Under the pieces are notes generated by a model, which worked only from the letters and a program-made list of their open reading frames with translations, made no database searches and was not told the origin of the DNA. A program made the translations under genes and the position numbers. Positions 7,684 to 13,944 of a stretch of 26,900 bases of DNA are shown piece after piece. Within the stretch, counting starts at the first letter, position 1. Each line of letters begins with the position of its first letter. The DNA comes from Oscillospiraceae bacterium (lineage in GTDB: Bacteria; Bacillota; Clostridia; Oscillospirales; Acutalibacteraceae): contig JAJXDX010000002.1 in the NCBI GenBank assembly GCA_021640185.1, positions 1-26,900 on the forward strand, read 5' to 3'.

Positions 7684-10053
7684 TCAGCACAGGGCGGTCG
7701 ACTGCAGGTCGAGCCGCCGGATGATATCCTGCTGCACGGCAGGCGCCAGATCGAGGAAATTGACGAACGTGCCGTGGATGCGCATGATGTACACGCCGGA
7801 GGGCGCGTATTTCTGCGGATCGGCCAGCACGCGGCGCAGCGTCTCCGGGGTGGTGACGTTGAGGTACAGGTAGAACGGGGCGACCTTCTGCGGATCGCGC
7901 GCGCCGAAGAACAGCGGCCGGATCACCCGGCGCATAAGATCCAGCCCCTTGCCTTCCGCCGTCGGCGCGGTGAAGAACTTGGGATCGATCCCGAGATGCG
8001 AGGCATAGCCGCCGTCCATTTTTTCGAACGGGAGCTGCAGCGTCGACACCATCCGGAAGCCCATGCCCCGGTCGGCCTCGCCATACAGCGGATCGACGCC
8101 GTAGTTGAGCTGCTCGCGGGCGTGGCGGCCGTCCGGCGTCGCGCCGACCCAGTAGCCGTAGGTCAGGTGCGTGGTCGGGCTGGCCCAGTCGGCGCGGAAG
8201 GGCTGCCCGAGATAGTTCTCGTGTGCGGTCACCATGTCCGAAACGCGGGCGACGATCGCGGCTGCCTCGGCGTCCGCCGTCGGATCCGCGTTGCCGAATT
8301 TCGGGGCGGCTTTAAGGAACGCGTGCAGCTCTTCGTAGCCCGCAAAGTCGGCACGCAGGGCATCGAGCAGCGTGTCGGCATCCTCGGGGCGTTCCCGCAG
8401 CAGACGGTCGACGGCGACGAAGCTGTCCGCCATGACGCTCAGGCCGTGGATCAGGCAGCCGCTGCCGTTGTATGCCGTGCCCCGGTGCACCGTGTCGCGC
8501 ATATCGTAGCCGCTGTCCGCGCCGCCCATGAACACGCTGAGGAACGGCACGCGCCGGCAGCCGATCGCCCGCGAGGCACCGTCGGCCGCAGCACACATCC
8601 GCCCGATGCATCCCTCGAGCACGGCATAGAACCGCTCGCGCAATCGCGGCAGCAGCTCCCGCCCGGAGAGCTGCGGGATATCGAGGATCTGCCGGCCGGT
8701 GATGAGCGAGCGTCCGCCGTTGAGCGTCAGCTCCAGGATCTTCGGCATATTGAGCCAGCTGTTGGTCGTGTTGCCGTTGTCCTTGCCCATGATCAGCGGC
8801 TCCTGACAGCCCGCGACGGCATAATCGGCCAGATCGGCCTCGCACACGCCGCGTCCGCGCAGGACGCGGAACACGGAGGTGTCGTTGAACAGCGACGGCG
8901 TCAGTACGCCGGGCGAGAAAAAGAACCGTCCCATCGCTTCGTACAGCGCATCCGGTGAGCCCTCGTGCAGCTTCGTCGACAGGATCGGCTGCGGCAGGTT
9001 CATGTCCAGATAGGCGTCCATCAGCGCATAGGTGGTCTCGTTCGTCAGGTCGTTGCCTGCGGTATCGCGTCCGCCGACGAGCAGGTTTTGTGAGATCGCC
9101 CAGCTCCGGTCACCGACGTTGAAGAACACGAGGAAGTGTTTGAACAGCGCCGCGGCCTCCGCGCGGGACAGGCCCTCCTTTTGGCGGTACGGCTCGAAGA
9201 TGCGGTCGGCGTTGCCGACGGAGAAGGCGAACGGGTTCGGCGCCTGCTCTAAGCACATGACCTCCCACAGCAGCATGAATGTCTGGATCGCCTCGAACAG
9301 GGTGTCGCACGGCTGCTCCGGCACCTTGCGCAGCGTGCGCTCCATGCGTGCGAGCCGCGCGGCGCGCTCCGGCGCGGCCGTGCGCTGCAGCTCTGCCGCC
9401 AGATCGGCATAGCGGCGCGCGAGCAGGAGCGCGCCGTCCACGGTCAGGCGCATGGCGGCGAAGTTTTGTTTTTTCTCCGGATCCGTCTCCGCCGCCTGTC
9501 GGTCGTCCAGCGCGGCGCGCACGGCGGCAAGGCCGTGCGCCAGCGCCGGACGGAAGTCCGGGATGACGTGGCCGGTGACGGATTCGACGAAAAACGCCAC
9601 CTCGGCGGTCTCCGTTTCATATTCGCGGTACACCGCGCGCAGGTCGCGCACGCTCTCGCTTTGGCAGGTGAACTGACGCACCCGGTCGATGCGCTCGGGC
9701 GTCAGCTCCCCGTTCGGCTCGATGTCGTCGAACACCGCCGTCGGGTCGCAATAGCCGGAGAACGTTTCCACCCGAAAAGCGGGATCGATCAGCGCATAGC
9801 TGCGTGCGAACGCATCCGATTGGCTGCCAGCGAACACGGCGTTCTCGCCGATCGAGAGCGGCAGCTCCTGCAAAATGGCGTACAGCTCCCGCGCCGCGCG
9901 CATCTCCCGCGGCTCTCCGGCGAAGTCGTCGGCGTGGTCGCACGCGATCTCGCGCGCCAAAAACCAGCCGTCCAGCCGCGTTTTGGCTCGTTCCTCCCGG
10001 AACAGCGCTTTTGCCGCTGCCGTGATCTTTTCCGCATCGTATCTGTGTTCCAT
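7684..10053 (-). CDS. Glycyl radical enzyme (PFL-like superfamily) with divergent active-site loops
   Basis: 789 aa; GHVIPDF, SQNLLVGG, Cys loop AGCQEP (Cys416), PKFGN, ATPDGR, C-terminal Gly loop IMRIHGTFVNF (Gly761); adjacent to an activase. Confidence 0.93.
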   Translation of the reverse strand: MEHRYDAEKITAAAKALFREERAKTRLDGWFLAREIACDHADDFAGEPREMRAARELYAILQELPLSIGENAVFAGSQSDAFARSYALIDPAFRVETFSGYCDPTAVFDDIEPNGELTPERIDRVRQFTCQSESVRDLRAVYREYETETAEVAFFVESVTGHVIPDFRPALAHGLAAVRAALDDRQAAETDPEKKQNFAAMRLTVDGALLLARRYADLAAELQRTAAPERAARLARMERTLRKVPEQPCDTLFEAIQTFMLLWEVMCLEQAPNPFAFSVGNADRIFEPYRQKEGLSRAEAAALFKHFLVFFNVGDRSWAISQNLLVGGRDTAGNDLTNETTYALMDAYLDMNLPQPILSTKLHEGSPDALYEAMGRFFFSPGVLTPSLFNDTSVFRVLRGRGVCEADLADYAVAGCQEPLIMGKDNGNTTNSWLNMPKILELTLNGGRSLITGRQILDIPQLSGRELLPRLRERFYAVLEGCIGRMCAAADGASRAIGCRRVPFLSVFMGGADSGYDMRDTVHRGTAYNGSGCLIHGLSVMADSFVAVDRLLRERPEDADTLLDALRADFAGYEELHAFLKAAPKFGNADPTADAEAAAIVARVSDMVTAHENYLGQPFRADWASPTTHLTYGYWVGATPDGRHAREQLNYGVDPLYGEADRGMGFRMVSTLQLPFEKMDGGYASHLGIDPKFFTAPTAEGKGLDLMRRVIRPLFFGARDPQKVAPFYLYLNVTTPETLRRVLADPQKYAPSGVYIMRIHGTFVNFLDLAPAVQQDIIRRLDLQSTALC

Positions 10054-10075
10054 AGCTCTCTTCTCCTTTGTGTCA

Positions 10076-10798
10076 TCAAGTATGTACGACGGACAGCCCG
10101 TGGCTGCGCAGGATCTGCTCGTATCGCTGCCGTTCCTCCTCGGTCACGAAACCGTCCCGGAAAGTGTACGGTCGGCCGCATTTTTCCCATTTCTCGCGAC
10201 CGTATTCGTGGTACGGCAGCAGCTCGAAGCGTATGCGGGCGCCATCGCACTGCCCGAACAGCGCGGCGAAGCGCTCCATATCCTCTGCCGAGGCGTTGAA
10301 GCCGTGGATCAGCGGGATCCGCACCAGCACGCAGGGACACGCGGCCAGCGCCGCGCGCAGGTTCTGCACGATCTGTTCGTTGCCCATGCCGGTGAAGCGC
10401 CGATGGATCTCGCTGTCGTGGTGCTTGCAGTCCATGATCAGCTCGTCGAGCAGAGGGAACAGCTCCGGCAGCCGCGCGGCCGTGCCGTTCGTCTCGATCG
10501 CCGTGCCGATGCCCCGCTGCCGCAGCAGCGTGAGCGCCGCCTTGAGCGGCGCGAACTGGCAGGTGCATTCGCCGCCGGTGAACGTGACCCCGCCGCCGTC
10601 AAAAAACATCGCCCGGCAGCGTTCGGCTTCGTCGGCCAGTGCCTCCACCGATACGCCGATGCCGCCTTTGTGCGGCATCCCCTCCGGGTTCGCGCACCAC
10701 GGGCAGGCCAGATCGCAGCCCTGCAAATGGTACACCAGGCGGTTGCCGCGCCCGTCCTGTGCGTAGTTGAAGCCTTTTTGAAACAAACGCAGTTCCAT
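10076..10798 (-). CDS. Glycyl-radical activating enzyme (radical SAM), short form without ferredoxin insert
   Basis: QDGRGNRLVYHLQGCDLACPWCANPE (CxxxCxxC), GGGVTFTGGEC, IETNG, RIPLIHGFN, LLPYH. Confidence 0.95.
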   Translation of the reverse strand: MELRLFQKGFNYAQDGRGNRLVYHLQGCDLACPWCANPEGMPHKGGIGVSVEALADEAERCRAMFFDGGGVTFTGGECTCQFAPLKAALTLLRQRGIGTAIETNGTAARLPELFPLLDELIMDCKHHDSEIHRRFTGMGNEQIVQNLRAALAACPCVLVRIPLIHGFNASAEDMERFAALFGQCDGARIRFELLPYHEYGREKWEKCGRPYTFRDGFVTEEERQRYEQILRSHGLSVVHT

Positions 10799-10817
10799 GG
10801 CTCCCTCAGCTCCTCCT

Positions 10818-10840
10818 ATTAGTTAACTCGATCAACTAAT
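10818..10840. promoter_or_regulatory. ROK/XylR-type operator
   Basis: ATTAGTT-N9-AACTAAT with perfect arms, between the -10 box and the RBS of the activase gene; resembles XylR-family operators (TTAGTT...AACTAA). Confidence 0.8.
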
Positions 10841-10849
10841 TGCACATAC

Positions 10850-10877
10850 AGTATACCGCATCCTGCGAAAAATGCAA
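10850..10877 (-). promoter_or_regulatory. Putative sigma-A promoter of the GRE operon
   Basis: Minus strand TTGCAT, N16, TATACT. Confidence 0.65.
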
Positions 10878-10914
10878 GAGCGTTCGGCAAAAAAAGAGGG
10901 ATTTTTTTCGTGCC

Positions 10915-10943
10915 TTGCCAAACGGCGCGCGGGAGAGTATACT
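10915..10943 (+). promoter_or_regulatory. Putative sigma-A promoter of the ROK regulator
   Basis: TTGCCA, N17, TATACT. Confidence 0.7.
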
Positions 10944-10974
10944 AAAAGACGAAGAAAGGCAGGTGGTGCGCACC

Positions 10975-12132
10975 ATGGGCGAGCCGCAGAACCAAAACAC
11001 GCTCAAGAGCAGCAACCGCGCGCGGCTGCTCGAACGCATCCGGCGGCAGCCGACGGCGCGGGCGGAGCTCGCGCGGCAGCTGGGGCTGACGAAGTCGGCC
11101 GTGACGCTGCTGACGGGCGAGATGATCCGGGAAGGGCTGCTGCGCGAGGCCGGGCCGGCGGAGAAAAGCGCGGCGCCGGGGCGGACATCGATCCTGCTCG
11201 ATATCGTGCCGGATCACGCCTTTGCGGTGGGGATCGCGCTGCACCGCCGTGTTTGCCGGGTGTGCCTGACGGATCTTTCGGCGCGGCCGATCGCGGACGA
11301 GGAGCTTCCGACGCAGGCGCTCCCGTCGGGGGACGCGGCGCTGGCGCGGCTTTGGCAGACGGCGCTGCGACTGATGCGGCAGACCGGGGCAGATCCGGCG
11401 CGCTGCGTCGGCATCGGGACGAGTGCGCCCGGCCCGCTCGACCATGCGGGCGGGCGGATCTTGCAGCCGACGGAGTTCGCGCAGTTCTGCGGACTGCCGG
11501 TCGTCGAGCGCTTGCATCAGCGCGCCGGGCTGCCGGTATGTTTGGAGAACAACGCCGTCGCGCTGGCGCTGCTCGACCGTCTGCGGCGCGGCGGCGGGGA
11601 CGGGAGCGTGCTGTTCACCGTGGTGGCGGACGGCATCGGCAGCGCGCTGCTGCAGGACGGCCGGCCGTTCCGCGGCGGGCGCGGCTTCGCCGGAGAGCTG
11701 GGGCACCTCTGCGTGGAGCCGGACGGGCTGCGCTGCACCTGCGGTGCGCGCGGCTGTTTGGAGCAGTATGCCACGCTGCGGGCGCTGCGCGCGCGGCACG
11801 GCTTCGATCGCTATGAGGAGATCGTCGACCGCGCCGAGGACGGTGACAGCCGGGCGCAGGCCGTGCTGCAGGATCTGACCGGGCATCTGGGGCTGGCGCT
11901 CGTCGATGCCGTCGATCTGTTCGACCCGGAGACCGTCGTGCTGTACGGCGAATACGGCTATCGGGCGACGGTGCTCACGGCGCGGCTGGCGGAGTATATC
12001 GCGGAGCATTCGCTGATTTGCCGGGCGCATCCGGTGGCGGTGCTGCCTTCGCCGCTGACGGCGGCGGATGCCGGGGCGGCGGCCGCCGTTTCGGCGCTCG
12101 ATGCGTTTTTCGCCCGCGGCGGGCGGCTTTGA
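10975..12132 (+). CDS. ROK family transcriptional repressor (XylR/NagC-like)
   Basis: N-terminal HTH (ARAELARQLGLTKSAVTLLTGEMIREGLL), DGIGS, AGELGH, Zn motif CTCGARGCLE. Confidence 0.93.
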   Translation: MGEPQNQNTLKSSNRARLLERIRRQPTARAELARQLGLTKSAVTLLTGEMIREGLLREAGPAEKSAAPGRTSILLDIVPDHAFAVGIALHRRVCRVCLTDLSARPIADEELPTQALPSGDAALARLWQTALRLMRQTGADPARCVGIGTSAPGPLDHAGGRILQPTEFAQFCGLPVVERLHQRAGLPVCLENNAVALALLDRLRRGGGDGSVLFTVVADGIGSALLQDGRPFRGGRGFAGELGHLCVEPDGLRCTCGARGCLEQYATLRALRARHGFDRYEEIVDRAEDGDSRAQAVLQDLTGHLGLALVDAVDLFDPETVVLYGEYGYRATVLTARLAEYIAEHSLICRAHPVAVLPSPLTAADAGAAAAVSALDAFFARGGRL

Positions 12133-12159
12133 CCGCAGAACGGCGGAAAGAGGAGATAG

Positions 12160-12241
12160 GGATCGCGTCCCCTTGCGGGACGAGATCCTTTTCTTTTTCC
12201 GATCCCGAAAAGCCGGGCACGCCGTCGGGACGTGCCTTTTT
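12160..12241 (+). terminator. Two tandem terminator hairpins between the convergent ROK and AraC genes
   Basis: GGATCgCGTCCC-cttgc-GGGACGaGATCC+TTTTCTTTTT (12160-12198) and GGCACG...CGTGCC+TTTTT (12216-12241). Confidence 0.75.
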
Positions 12242-12266
12242 GCGTTTTGCTTTGCCTGTCAGGCGC

Positions 12267-13655
12267 TCAGTCGGGCGCGTCCCGGTGGCGGAAGCTTGCG
12301 GGCGTTTGACCGGTCTTGGCCTTGAAGGTCTTGCAGAAATGCGACTGATCGTAAAACCCCGTCTGTGCCGCGATCTTGTCAAGCGGCTCGTCCGTGTTGC
12401 GCAAAAGGCTCTTCGCGGCCATGATGCGCACGGAAGAGATGTATTGCCCGATCGACCGGCCGGTCTGCTCCCGAAACAGGCGGGAGATGTACGAGGGCGA
12501 CATATGGATCAGCGAAGCGAGCTCGGCCGTGCGGATCCGCTGGGCATAGTGGCTGTGGATGTATTCCATGATGCTGTTGACCGAGGGTGAGCCGTTCGTC
12601 TGCTCAGCGGCGTCGATCAGCGGGATGCAGAACGTGTGCCACTCGTTCGCCTTGGCGATATACAGGCTGTGTCGGATGAGGGCATAGGTATCGGTGTTGT
12701 ACAGGCCGATGCCGACGGAACCGATCCGGTCGCTGCGCAGGGCAAAGGTGATGTGCGCCTTGCGGCGGTAAGGATGCAGATCTGTCCGGTTATGCTCATC
12801 GGGGGCGAACCACACCTGATAGGGGGTCGTTTCGCGGGCGAACAGTTCCATGTGCGGCAGGCGCTGCTCCCGGCAGGACGGCTGCGCGGAGCAGCGCAGC
12901 GCGTCGCCCGTGCGCGGCACGTCGATGTAATGCCCCGCGGTGAAGAACTGTGCGAGCAGCTGTGCGCCGTCGGGCGATACCTGCGGATCCTGCGACCAGA
13001 TCTGCAGGTCGGTCACCGCCACCCGCCGCCCCTGCGGCAGCTCGATGCCCCGGTCGGCCGCCGAGGTGATGCAGACTTTGTCCATGTGCATCAGGATGCG
13101 GCGGTATTCCTCGCTGATGTCGCGAAACAGCTTCACCAAAAGCAGCACGAGCTGGCTGCGGATGCACAGCTTGTAGCCCGGGCTGCGGCGGTCGGTCTCC
13201 TTGATCAGCTCCTGCAGGATCGCATGGACCGCGCCGTACGGCTCGATATGCTGATGGCGCGGCAGGAACACGTTGATGTTCTCGTGCGCGACCGCCGTGT
13301 ACGGCAGCGTCATGTCCGCCGGGTCGGCCGGCGGCTCAAGATCCTTCGGCATCCGCAGGTGCATATGGACGGCGAAGAACTCCGCCGTTTCCGACAGCAC
13401 GGTGAACGTGTAGGTCAGGCAGGGCGGGAAGAACACCATGTCGTTCTCCTGCAGCAGGAACTCCTTATATTCATCCTGATAGTCGATCAGGTCGAACCGT
13501 ACGCTGCCGCGGATCAGGAAAAACAGATAGTCGTCACCAAGCCATTCGCGGCGCATTTCGCCGCCGCTTTTGACCTCGTGACGGAGCGAGACGACACTGG
13601 GGAGCAGATAAAGCATCTCGTCCATGTTCATCTCGTCGATATACGAATATCTCAT
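12267..13655 (-). CDS. AraC family transcriptional regulator (cupin-like N-terminus, ~155-aa insert, C-terminal double HTH)
   Basis: 462 aa; ELASLIHMSPSYISRLFREQTG...IAAQTGFYDQSHFCKTFKAKTGQTPASFR; ATG 13655 after AAGGA. Confidence 0.93.
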   Translation of the reverse strand: MRYSYIDEMNMDEMLYLLPSVVSLRHEVKSGGEMRREWLGDDYLFFLIRGSVRFDLIDYQDEYKEFLLQENDMVFFPPCLTYTFTVLSETAEFFAVHMHLRMPKDLEPPADPADMTLPYTAVAHENINVFLPRHQHIEPYGAVHAILQELIKETDRRSPGYKLCIRSQLVLLLVKLFRDISEEYRRILMHMDKVCITSAADRGIELPQGRRVAVTDLQIWSQDPQVSPDGAQLLAQFFTAGHYIDVPRTGDALRCSAQPSCREQRLPHMELFARETTPYQVWFAPDEHNRTDLHPYRRKAHITFALRSDRIGSVGIGLYNTDTYALIRHSLYIAKANEWHTFCIPLIDAAEQTNGSPSVNSIMEYIHSHYAQRIRTAELASLIHMSPSYISRLFREQTGRSIGQYISSVRIMAAKSLLRNTDEPLDKIAAQTGFYDQSHFCKTFKAKTGQTPASFRHRDAPD

Positions 13656-13700
13656 GAAAAAAGTTCCTTTCCGGCCGTCGAGCGGGTGCGGTATGCTTCC

Positions 13701-13729
13701 AGTATAGCACATGGACGCCGAGAGCGCAA
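13701..13729 (-). promoter_or_regulatory. Putative extended -10 promoter of the AraC gene
   Basis: Minus strand TTGCGC, N17 ending TG-C, TATACT. Confidence 0.65.
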
Positions 13730-13944
13730 GCGCGGATATTACGATCGGATGTGGCGGCAGATGCGGAAAAAACGGTATTTTTGCGGAAAAACTTTCCTTT
13801 TGAGCGATGATTTATCGGTCATTGAGCACGATATGGAATAAATCATACGATCACGCGCTTGGTTTTTACAATGACAAACGGCGGCGGATGATGGTATCCT
13901 ATCATCAGACGGAATACGACGATCACGGGAAAGGAGCAGCAGCC

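Noticed and set aside
7684..10053. Calling the GRE pyruvate formate-lyase (pflB), CutC, or a diol/glycerol dehydratase
   Set aside because: There is no Cys-Cys pair, the loops differ from GCVEP and RVxGY, and no microcompartment or aldehyde-processing genes are nearby.
10975..12132. ROK protein as a sugar kinase
   Set aside because: It has an N-terminal HTH, lacks the DxGGT ATP-binding motif and has an adjacent operator, so it is a repressor.
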